A stretch of 63,890 nt of DNA, counting the filler, from Aduncisulcus paluster (lineage: Eukaryota), in NCBI GenBank assembly GCA_024181965.1. It is 9 parts of 9 records of this genome, joined end to end, with 100 filler letters (N's around TTAATTAATTAA, not from the genome) between each part and the next. Parts side by side here need not be neighbours in the genome. Positions count along the whole stretch, not along the records: positions 34,078 to 39,108 come from BQXS01012279.1; positions 39,209 to 43,676 come from BQXS01012280.1; positions 43,777 to 47,984 come from BQXS01012281.1; 6 more parts are not named here. One strand, 5' to 3'. A program made the translations under genes and the position numbers. Shown here one piece after another: positions 38,293-48,084 of the stretch. Position 1 is the stretch's first letter. Every line of letters starts with the position of its first letter. The notes beneath the pieces were generated by a model that saw only the letters and a list, made by a program, of their open reading frames with translations, made no database searches and was not told where the DNA came from.

Positions 38293-39069
38293 TTATTCAG
38301 AGATGTGATCTTCCTTCTCGTCAGGCACTAAAATAACATCGGGAGGGAATGAAGGTGCCGTGAGACCGGACATGGAGCACAATGTCTCATACACACGTGT
38401 CTTCTCATCAATGTCCTTCGCACGCATGAATTTGATATACCATTTCTTCCGATGAGTGATGTTCTTGCCAACAACAAGCACATGCTTCATTTTCAAGTAC
38501 AATCCATCATCGATATCTCTCAAAGGAGTATCAAGAATAAGCATCGAATCGGATATTTTGGACGTCACGGGATTCTTTCCATGGATGGTCTCAAGTTCCT
38601 TCAAGATCTCTTCCATGACAGTGCCGAGAGCTGGAGTCTTTGCACACTTCACAAACTCATTCATGTAAATCTCTCGAGCTGACTTGCCCATGGCTGCCTG
38701 GTTCCAAATAGAAGCAAACCTTCCGGAACGAACGAAACCAGGGAGACCTCGATTAAGGTTTCCAAAGAACTTGCGAGCTTTCTTAAAGCAATATCCGCAA
38801 CGACCACGCTTCAACATCATACTCTTTGTGCTTCGGTTCTCTTTCGGCCATGGAATGTATTTGTAACAGAGCATAAACCAATACAAAATGTGGATGTCAC
38901 ACTTGTCAAGGGAATGGGTACATGTACATTCATATCGACTGGACTGGGAAGCTTTGTATTCACGATGACATTTCGACCGTTTCTTGTGCTTTTGGGAAAA
39001 CGTGGCAGAGTCCTCTTCAGATGTATCTTCAGGAAGAATATGAGCCATATTTTGTTGCCATTTCACCAA
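38293..39069 (-). CDS. Hypothetical protein with a Cys/His-rich N-terminal half
   Basis: 258-aa ORF, GC-richer than the flanking AT-rich DNA; may continue past the contig edge. Confidence 0.45.
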   Translation of the reverse strand: MVKWQQNMAHILPEDTSEEDSATFSQKHKKRSKCHREYKASQSSRYECTCTHSLDKCDIHILYWFMLCYKYIPWPKENRSTKSMMLKRGRCGYCFKKARKFFGNLNRGLPGFVRSGRFASIWNQAAMGKSAREIYMNEFVKCAKTPALGTVMEEILKELETIHGKNPVTSKISDSMLILDTPLRDIDDGLYLKMKHVLVVGKNITHRKKWYIKFMRAKDIDEKTRVYETLCSMSGLTAPSFPPDVILVPDEKEDHISE

Positions 39070-39208
39070 ACTCCTCCGCTTCAGTGGAGTTTTTGTTTCC
39101 TTTTCTTTNNNNNNNNNNNNNNNNNNNNNNNNNNNNNNNNNNNNNNNNNNNNTTAATTAATTAANNNNNNNNNNNNNNNNNNNNNNNNNNNNNNNNNNNN
39201 NNNNNNNN

Positions 39209-41635
39209 AAGTGGCCCGAGAGAGTCGATGAACCATGTGTGTCCGGTTACCTCATGAGCGATACTGAATGTTGGGGCTTGCGTTGTTTTCTTCTGCTCTG
39301 CGATTTTCTGGCAGGTGAGGCATCCCTTGATTGTCTTCCTTACATCAATGTACATTGTTGTCCAGGTGAGTCCATAGTCTTTTAGCTTGTCTATGGTTGC
39401 TCTAATCCCATGATGTCCGGTTGTTGCAGAGTGAAAATGTCTGATTAGTGCGAGGTGTAAGCTTTTGTCCTCAGGTATATAAATATTTCCTGTGGATATT
39501 GAGGTCCAGAGATCTCCTTCTCGTTCGTGAGTGGATGGGTCTGGAGGAGCTTCTTCTTGCGCATCTTTGATCAACTTCCTTATTTCCTCATCATCTATAA
39601 GGATTCGGTTGACATCATTTGTCCCTATCAGTCTAGAAAGTGTATCCGCGGTGATGTTTTCCTTTCCCTTGATATGCCTGATGTCGTAATCGTATTGCAT
39701 TAGGTATGTTGACCATCTGATGACTCTTGCAGAAGTCGATTTCTCCATCCAAAGGAGATTTCTGTGGTCCGTTTCGATAGTGAAGTGGACTCCTTGTAAC
39801 AGGTTTTCAGCTTTTTGTATGCAATATACTATTGCAAAAGCCTCTTTGTCGTGAGTTGACCAGGCTATCTGACTCCTTCGAAATACGTGGCTAAAGAACA
39901 TTACTGGTTCTTCTAGATTGTTTCTCACCTGCATCAAGACACCTCCTGCACCCATGTCTGATGCGTCCGTACGAAGTATAATGGGGAGACTATAGTCGAT
40001 GTGGTGAAGAGTTGGTTTTTCCTTCATCTTTTTGATGACACTCTCTAATGCGATGTCTTGAGCACGTGTCCATTCCATTTTCTGATCTTTGAGTGTGAGA
40101 CGTTGGATTGGCTCGATCAAGATTCGATATCCCTCGATGGCTCGAGAATGGAAGTTTAGGAAACCCAGCAATTGTCGTACCTCCTTCTTTGTCCGAGGTA
40201 TTTTGAGCATGTCAAGTGCTTGGTAACAACTCTCAGCGATCTTGAACCCCTTCTTGTTGACAACTCTTCCGAGGTATTCCACTTCTTCAAAGGCAAGTTT
40301 GCATTTGGATGCTTTGATTCGGAGTTTCAGCTTTTCAGTCCTAGTGAGAACCTTGTCTAACTTTGTCTTGAAGTCTTCGATATCCTTTCCTGCAATTAAG
40401 ATATCGTCAATATATATGACACATATCTTTTGTGAAATCAGATCCTCGAACGCTTCGTAAACGCTCGACATGAATGCCTTGGGTGCCGTGGCGATGCCGA
40501 ATGGCATTACTGTGTATTCAAAAGTCCCAAAAGGCGTGATGAAAGCCGTCAGCTTTCTTGATTTCTTTGCCAATCTGACTTGGTGGAAACCGGATCTAAA
40601 GTCTAGTGTTCCAAAGATAGTGTTCCCTTTCAGTTCTGTTAATGCCATTTCCATGTTTGGATCAATGTGGGATGGCTTTCGGATCACCTTGTTGAGTCTT
40701 CTGTAGTCGACACAGAGTCTTAATGACGTGTCTTTCTTCCTTACCAACACTATTGGGCTGGCCCAGTCACTTTCTGATCGTGTGATGTGTCCATCTTCAA
40801 TTAGCTTGTCCAGCGTTTCCTTGGTTATCTTCATGAGAGGAGGTGAGAGGAACCGTGTTTTGCTTTTAATTGGGATTTGATCCTCGTCGATGAGTGAAAT
40901 TTCGTATGGTCTCAATTTGGATCCATCCTTGGGCATCACTGGGTTGAAGACCGTTTGGTGTCTCTTTACGATGGTCATGATAGCGTCTCGGTGTTCTTCC
41001 GGTGTGCTAATGTCTTGGATTTCTTCACGGATGTCGACCTTCCTTGGTGGAGTTAGTTCTGGTACATCAGGTTCGTCTTCTCCGTCATCATTCTTGGTAG
41101 GATTGTCTCCAAGTGCGGATTTCATTATACCTGTGTCGAATAACCAGCGACCTCCTACCGTAAGATCGTAGTCGTTGATTATATCACTTACAAAGAACGT
41201 GAAGTCAGCTGTGAGTGGGTGTCCGTGAGTAGTATTTCTTACAGTGAGTTGTAGTGTATGCTCCTCATTGATGGTTACTGTTCTCCCATCTCTTCGGATG
41301 TGTTTGGGTGAACGGAGTGTTTCTGTCGTTGTACAACCACGAATCTTTTCGAATAATCGAGGGTGTATCAGATTGCAATCTGCACCTGTGTCGGCCAGAC
41401 CGACAATTCCTATCTCCTGGATCGTGCACTCTAGTTCTCTTTCTGGAATCGAGCTTCCGCTTTTCTTAACAGCTCTTACCTCTTCTGAATCGTCGTCTGC
41501 TTTCGTTCTCCGGATCTGATTCTTATCCTCTCTCTGCTTCTTTCTACACTCCTTGATGTCGTGTCCTTTCTTCTTGCAGTATGAGCAGTACTTTCCTCTT
41601 CTTCTTGAGGACTGACTCTTTTCCTCTCTGAGGTA
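39209..41635 (-). CDS. Retrotransposon NC-PR-RT-RH-IN polyprotein (partial)
   Basis: One open frame from CSYCKKKGHDIKEC through LADTGAD, LCVDYRRLN, YIDDILI, LRTDAS, DHRNL, ADTLSR and GHHG..CLTCQ to WFIDSLGP. Confidence 0.9.
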
Positions 41636-42152
41636 TCACTGATCTTATGCTTTGGATTCGGATGCCTGCCTCTACAGCTCTTTTGACTGACTTTATCGGA
41701 ATCTTCGTGCAGTAGAGTTCCATGGCTTCGGCAATTTGCAATTTGGTGGCTCCAGTATCATCTAAGATTTCTTTGAACTCAACTGAGAATCTCATTAATT
41801 CCTCTGGGGACAGCACTTCCTTGATCTCCAATTTCCTAAGCCTTGACATTAGTTCATATGTGGACTTGGGTCTCAAAAAATCATTTAAGAACTTCATGAT
41901 ATCCTTAGGCTCTCTATTTCTCGTTCTCATCTGCCAAATGGCGAAAGCCTGTCCAGCAACACAGTCGTCTGCTTCATGAATTCCTCCTTTCTTTTGATAT
42001 CTCTCGAATTCACGCTTGAAATTTATGCATGCCTTTCTCGTTATGCTTGTGAGTAGTGGTTGTTTCAGTTTTGCTTCCACGGCCAGTGCGTGGCTTGCAC
42101 TCAGGTCTGATTCTCTCAGTGTTGTGTCAGTACAACGAAAATGACTGTGCAA
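41544..42152 (-). CDS. Gag-like capsid ORF
   Basis: Directly upstream of pol on the same strand; no clear ATG start. Confidence 0.6.
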   Translation of the reverse strand: MHSHFRCTDTTLRESDLSASHALAVEAKLKQPLLTSITRKACINFKREFERYQKKGGIHEADDCVAGQAFAIWQMRTRNREPKDIMKFLNDFLRPKSTYELMSRLRKLEIKEVLSPEELMRFSVEFKEILDDTGATKLQIAEAMELYCTKIPIKSVKRAVEAGIRIQSIRSVIPQRGKESVLKKKRKVLLILQEERTRHQGV

Positions 42153-42471
42153 AATTTACTAGAACATTTCAAGCTTGTTCATCTATTTTTAGATGAGAAG
42201 AAACAAAGTTAAAAGCAACAAAAATAAAAATAAATAAATAATTGAGAATAAAATAAGTCAATAAATCTTAAACAAAATGTAATTTTATTCTCAACCAATA
42301 CATTCTGCCCTCACTAACACGATGATTTTATCGTTGTTAGTCATTAAATACGCTGTTTAAGCGAGTTTCCAAAAGGTCAACGAAATTCAATTTTGCAGGG
42401 TGATTTCGCAAAATGAGCATATGTTCCCAAATTGATCACTTTTTGTGAAAAATACGTTTTTATATTATTAA

Positions 42472-42660
42472 GGAGTCATAGCTCAGCGGGTATGCACTCT
42501 GGTTTTGCAGCATTGGCCACATTCGGGTTCCAAGTTCGAATCCGCGATCTTCCATGAATTCCATGGACGCCCACAACTTACCAGGGTCGCAATATAGAGG
42601 AAAGTTAGTCCGGTATCCGACGGGGGGCTCTTAGATTATAGAGCCCCCCCCGTTTTTTCG
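42472..42660 (+). ncRNA. tRNA-like Pol III cassette (A box, B box, terminal hairpin plus T6)
   Basis: TAGCTCAGCGG A box; GTTCGAATCC B box; tRNA-like part ends ..TTCCA at 42554; GGGGGGCTCT/AGAGCCCCCC hairpin followed by TTTTTT. Confidence 0.55.
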
Positions 42661-43023
42661 GTGGATCACTGTACTTTTCCCTCTGTCACCGATCCTGGCG
42701 CAAATGTTGCGCCGACTCATGTCGCGACGATAGTGATATCGCCTCGACCAGTCATACCACTAGGGCACTTACTAGAGAGAACTACCTCGTTTCTCTCTAG
42801 TGCAGATTTTAATTTTTAGCAGTATTTTTCCCATTAATGTTCATTAATGTTCATTAATGTTCACTTAGATTCACATCATGTTTCACTTTATTTTCAAGTT
42901 AATGTTTACTTATTCCATTATAATTGTTCACATCAGCGTTAAACCCATTGATTTAAGCTATTCTTACCCACCTGAAACCAGATCTTTAGATCTGAAGTTT
43001 CACTCTAACATAGGGTCAACCCT

Positions 43024-43676
43024 CTAAACAACAATATGTCTAAGCTCTTCATGTTGTTCAAGGTATTCCTCTAAGGCAATGGTCTCTTTTAGACCTGACA
43101 GTGGTTCCCATGTGCTTTCTTCAAGCTCATATCCACTCCAAGACACTAAGAATTCTAAATCCTTCTTTGTCTTACCCCTGTGTTCCAGTAGGCAGTCGAC
43201 GATAAATTCACCTTCGCCAGATGCCGCCAAGATCTTCAGATCCTCAATAGTATGTTCACCTTTAACAGCACACAGACGTCTCTGGTGTACTGTAATAGTT
43301 CTTGCTTCAGTGAGGAACTTCAATTTCACAAGAAAATTGGGTAACAAGTCCAACACTTGGAATGGACCTCGTCTGCGTTTCTGCAGTTTACCCTTCCTCT
43401 TGCCGACAGGCAAGAGCCACACAAAGTTACCCACTTTGGGTCTCTCAACATCAGTGTGTTTCTTTTGAGACTTTTCTCTGTGTTCCATCTGGATACGCAA
43501 CGCCTCACTTCTCAATCGTGAGAACATGTCCATTCTCTGAGCACAGCAATCATCGAAATCTTTAAATGATTGTTCCTGAGTCTTTTCCAAGAATAGATCT
43601 CTTCTCGGGTCTCCTTTCCTTCCCATTACCAGATCGAATGGGGTAGTTCCTGTTTGGGAATGGAAGGAAGTGTTCA
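43024..43676 (-). CDS. Integrase C-terminus with GPY/F motif and chromodomain
   Basis: HSQTGTTPFDLVMG, KLQKRRRGPFQV, FIVDCLLEHR..EFLVSWSGYELEESTWEP. Confidence 0.85.
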
Positions 43677-43776
43677 NNNNNNNNNNNNNNNNNNNNNNNN
43701 NNNNNNNNNNNNNNNNNNNNTTAATTAATTAANNNNNNNNNNNNNNNNNNNNNNNNNNNNNNNNNNNNNNNNNNNN

Positions 43777-46202
43777 GTCACCATTTTGCTCATTCAAGGG
43801 ATTTGTCGGCCCTTTCAACGATATTCTCATATTATGCCCACACTCAGTTAATGGAACAAGTTTTGACTCCTCATATTTCTGCAGATCCTAAGAAGAGATT
43901 GCATTCGTCCGTTCATAATAGTATTCGTAGAGCCTTTGCAGCTCTTCAAACAGTCATAACGTCACTTCTTTTTGTGCGAAGATCTTCCAAACTCACAACA
44001 TCTGACAGCATTGCTCGTCATAGCCGTAACCTTATCGTTACCCTCACAAAATGGATGTGCCTTCCTTCTTCTCCTTCATGTGTTATACGACGTAGTCTTG
44101 CTGTGATCCCTCCTCTTTCGTTGCTTTGTGCTGCTCCTCGACTCTCCATTCTTCCCATGCGTACGATCATATCTGTCCATTCCAATCCAAATATTCTCTC
44201 TTCGATCTTTAGATGTACACTCAGATTGTGTCGTCAAGTTGGTCTATCGCTTTTGATTGAAGTACGAACCCTGATATCTCTGTCCAACTCTGTCATTATG
44301 CAGCATGCGGCAACGAACGTGACTCTATGTTTAAGGTATGGTTTGCTATGTTCTTGGGCTGGGATTGATGTTGGAGTGGCCACAACTGCACAATTTCTAT
44401 CTCAAAATTTGAAGAGAATTCATTCCAAAAATGTGTGTGATTTTGCTTGCTTTTGTGTTTGCCTTGAACAGCGAGGAATGTCATCTGCATTGAAAATATC
44501 TCCAAGCATGTTAGCCCTATTGATCAGACGTTTGTTTGATGGAAATAAGACACATCAAACCCATGCCCATCTTGGTGTTGCTTCGTCTGTGTCGAGCAAG
44601 TGGATAAGCGCTTGTATCTTGATTAGGAGAATGTTAGTCGAGGCTGGGAAGAAGAAAGTCCGCAATCTTGGCAATAAGGATGTGTTTGGTGGATTATCAA
44701 CGAGCGACGAAGACCAACAATCAACACTCGAAGAAGATGAATCAACTGCTTCTGCAGAATTCCTGAAACAGCCCTCGGAACAAGATGAGAATGAATCCCA
44801 AGAAGAAATCCTTAAATATCTTGCCAAACGCATCCGTCAAAGAGGGTTTTTATCCTTCATTCCTTCCCTATTCCACCCTATGAATTCTCTTGCAAATCTC
44901 AGTATGCTCCATTCCTCGGCGCGGGCTCCCTTGCTTGCCTCTCGAAAACAGGAGATAACAAGACGAAGAAAGGCACTATTGCAAGGAAAACGAGTGACTT
45001 CATTGATTGCAACCCCATTCCCATCATTTTTATCTCAAAATATTGATTCATTGAATGACGCTTACAAGGCCAAAACTTCGTTTTCAGAACTTCAAATTAT
45101 CAGTATACCACTTTCATCCAACCCTGTCGTTGCGTCAATGATTCCTCAGTCCGTGATATACGATGAAACCTCGACATCTCACCCGAAAATATTATCCTCT
45201 TCAAAGTCACTTCCACGGCTTCCTCAACTCATTGTTCCCGATTCCCTCGATTGTTCATCTGTATTCTCCTCTGTTCACCCAATTTTATCCGAGATTCGTG
45301 CAAATACTCTATGTTATCTCACCTTATTCCAGCATGTTTTGAAGACATCTAAGCACATTAAACACATACCGCTCGAAAACTTTGCTGAACTCACCGTTAG
45401 TGCGTATCTTTCTTTATTTTCTCCAGCCAATTACAAGCGCAGAGATACAAGTTTTTGGTTCTTCGGTACTTCCACCAATTATACCCTCAATAATTATTTT
45501 TTCCCCGCTGTATGTGAAAAGGGTTATCTGTCATTGATTCCACCTCCATTTGGGTTGATCAAAGTGAGTGTTGCCTACGCTTTGGTTGTATTGGCTGCAA
45601 TACAAAACAATAGGAAGCGATCAAAGCAATTGAAAGCATTTTTATCCGTGTTTACCAGAACTTTATCATTTATTCAGGCCGCGTATAGTCCTGTTGGTGC
45701 GTGTGTTGCTATTTCTCACATTGTTTCAACCCTGAATGAGTGTTTTTGGAGCCTTGGGAAAATGTTTTCTGAATGTTCTGAATGGTACACCTGTGTTTCG
45801 ATTGCTTCTCGGGCTATTAATTCGTTGGACATGAAAACTCTTCCTGATGTTGTTCGGTTCGATGTCGTGCCTTCTCTTGTTCTGATCATGAAAGTTATCA
45901 GGGATAATCTTCATATTAGGGTTACCGGAGGAATGGATCGCCTTGGAATGATCGGAGAAACACTGATTGAGTCGTTGTTAATCAATGGGCTGTTCTGTGA
46001 TGAGCATGTCTTTTTGTTAGAGTTAACATTTATTCATTTTTTCAAAGACCCAACTTTTCTCTTGGTTGAAGATAAAGTTTCAAGTTTATGTGGTGAGTTA
46101 CTCTCTTATGTGAAGGAAAAGAAGGGCATTATTCAAAATATCCAGAGATTGGCTCGAAGGATGCGATTATTCTTCAGTTACGGCTCATCTCCATGTGCTT
46201 AA
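43777..46202 (+). CDS. Hypothetical protein (5' truncated)
   Basis: About 800-codon open frame from the contig edge; probably helical. Confidence 0.6.
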
Positions 46203-46301
46203 TCCATCAATAATTGCATATAGAATCTTCAAATAAACTTTCAATTTTAATGACCGATGAGGAAAAATAAATTAGATGAATGAATCCATTTCTACGATTA
46301 C

Positions 46302-47984
46302 TTATCTGGACCCAAAAAGAGATGATTCAGTATCATGAGATTCCAACTTTCTAATCCTTTCCTTTAAGCTCTCAATTTCTCGTTTAAGAGCCTCCCTTTT
46401 CTCAGCTTCTTCAGACAGAATTGGGGCAATAATTTCAGTAATTTCTCTCCTCCTTTCTTCCTTTCTTTCTTCCTCTTCACGTTTGATTTTAATAATAGCA
46501 GATTCGGCACCCTCAATAATCATCCCAAAAAGTGTAAAACTATCAGTTGTCGCGTGGGTGCTCATAGTTATTTTGTCAACCTTTTCCAGGTCAATGTCAA
46601 GGTAATGCCATTCGAACCGTTCAGTTGGCTCCAAGAAACTGAATAATTTTTCAATTGTCTTGGAGTTGGAGTTAATAGTCACCAAGAGCTTAGGAGGCGA
46701 TACCGTTCTTTTCTGAATGCATAAATAAATTCCTTCAATGGATAGAGGGGAAGACAATTGGAATGATGCAATAGAAAATGACAGTTTGCAAGCAGATCCA
46801 TTAAGAAATCTCGACATCCTTTGAGAAATGTCTTTTCTAGAATCATGCGCATTGATTGAATGAGAATCAACTTCAGAATTGATAATCGAAGGATTTGATA
46901 AAAGGAGAGGTGGAGCAAAATCTGAAGGAATTAGCTCGGTTTTGGACTGGAATAATCTAGAATTGCAACCTTTCTTGACAAATTCGGCTTCACATTTTTC
47001 GGCGCCGCTAGAACTTGAAGATCCTCCAAACAATCCACTACCACTGCTAGAACTTGAAGATCCCCCAAACAATCCACCACCGCTGCGAGAACTTGAAGAT
47101 CCCCCAAACAATCCACCACCGCTGCGAGAACTTGAAGATCCTCCAAACAATCCACCCCTACCACTCTGTTTATACATTTGCAATCTCTGAAACCATAAAG
47201 GAGCCTGATCTTTTCCAATTTCCAAGTTATTTCCCTTAGAGGATTCCCTTTGATCGGGACTCTCACTTAAGTCACTGGCTTTTTCAATGAGTGTATCATC
47301 TCTCTTTTCAGAAGAACTACCAAACAGACTACCACCACCGGAAGATGATTCTTTCTTTTCAGAGGAACTGGAAGAAGAATCACCAAAGATACCACCACAG
47401 GAAGAGGATTCTTTCTTTTCAGAGGAACTGGAAGAAGAACCACCAAAGATACCACCACAGGAAGAAGAACCGGAAGAAGAATCACCAAAGATACCACCAC
47501 AGGAAGAAGAACCGGAAGAAGAATCACCAAAGATACCACCACAGGAAGAGGATTCTTTCTTTTCAGAGGAACTGGAAGAAGAACCACCAAAGATACCACC
47601 ACCGGAAGAAGAACCGGAAGAAGAATCACCAAAGATACCACCACAGGAAGAGGATTCTTTCTTTTCAGAGGAACTGGAAGAAGAACCACCAAAGATACCA
47701 CCACAGGAAGAAGAACCGGAAGAAGAATCACCAAAGATACCACCACAGGAAGAAGAACCGGAAGAAGAATCACCAAAGATACCACCACCGGAAGAAGAAC
47801 CGGAAGAAGAATCACCAAACAGACTACCACCACCGGAAGATGATTCTTTCTTTTCAGAGGAACTGGAAGAAGAATCACCAAAGATACCACCACAGGAAGA
47901 GGATTCTTTCTTTTCAGAGGAACTGGAAGAAGAACCACCAAAGATACCACCACAGGAAGAAGAACCGGAAGAAGAATCACCAAA
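46302..47984 (-). CDS. GG[IL]FG-repeat protein with a lineage-specific C-terminal domain (5' truncated)
   Basis: The frame of ORF 46302-47225 stays open to the contig edge and reads (SSSCGGIFG[DG]SSS)n. Confidence 0.65.
   Translation of the reverse strand, partial: FGDSSSGSSSCGGIFGGSSSSSSEKKESSSCGGIFGDSSSSSSEKKESSSGGGSLFGDSSSGSSSGGGIFGDSSSGSSSCGGIFGDSSSGSSSCGGIFGGSSSSSSEKKESSSCGGIFGDSSSGSSSGGGIFGGSSSSSSEKKESSSCGGIFGDSSSGSSSCGGIFGDSSSGSSSCGGIFGGSSSSSSEKKESSSCGGIFGDSSSSSSEKKESSSGGGSLFGSSSEKRDDTLIEKASDLSESPDQRESSKGNNLEIGKDQAPLWFQRLQMYKQSGRGGLFGGSSSSRSGGGLFGGSSSSRSGGGLFGGSSSSSSGSGLFGGSSSSSGAEKCEAEFVKKGCNSRLFQSKTELIPSDFAPPLLLSNPSIINSEVDSHSINAHDSRKDISQRMSRFLNGSACKLSFSIASFQLSSPLSIEGIYLCIQKRTVSPPKLLVTINSNSKTIEKLFSFLEPTERFEWHYLDIDLEKVDKITMSTHATTDSFTLFGMIIEGAESAIIKIKREEEERKEERRREITEIIAPILSEEAEKREALKREIESLKERIRKLESHDTESSLFGSR
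47310..47984. repeat. Coding minisatellite of 36- and 54-nt units
   Basis: Repeated ccaaagataccaccacaggaaga cores. Confidence 0.9.
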
Positions 47985-48084
47985 NNNNNNNNNNNNNNNN
48001 NNNNNNNNNNNNNNNNNNNNNNNNNNNNTTAATTAATTAANNNNNNNNNNNNNNNNNNNNNNNNNNNNNNNNNNNNNNNNNNNN

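Larger units (their letters stand above)
39209..43676 (-). mobile_element. Ty3/Gypsy chromodomain LTR retrotransposon (permuted: integrase C-terminus/chromodomain, LTR region, gag, pol)
   Basis: Gag-like ORF; CCHC knuckle; protease LADTGAD; RT; RNase H; integrase HHCC; GPF motif plus chromodomain. Confidence 0.9.

Noticed and set aside
42472..42554. Functional tRNA-Ala/Cys gene
   Set aside because: Acceptor, anticodon and T stems do not pair properly; kept only as tRNA-like
42575..42610. ACTTACCAGG (U1-like) and GAGGAAAGT (RNase P-like) motifs
   Set aside because: Short matches without the remaining conserved elements
47287..48040. CRISPR-like periodicity and plus-strand EEPPKIPP / RYHHRK ORFs
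   Set aside because: No unique spacers; it is a coding minisatellite, and the minus frame joins a real downstream domain
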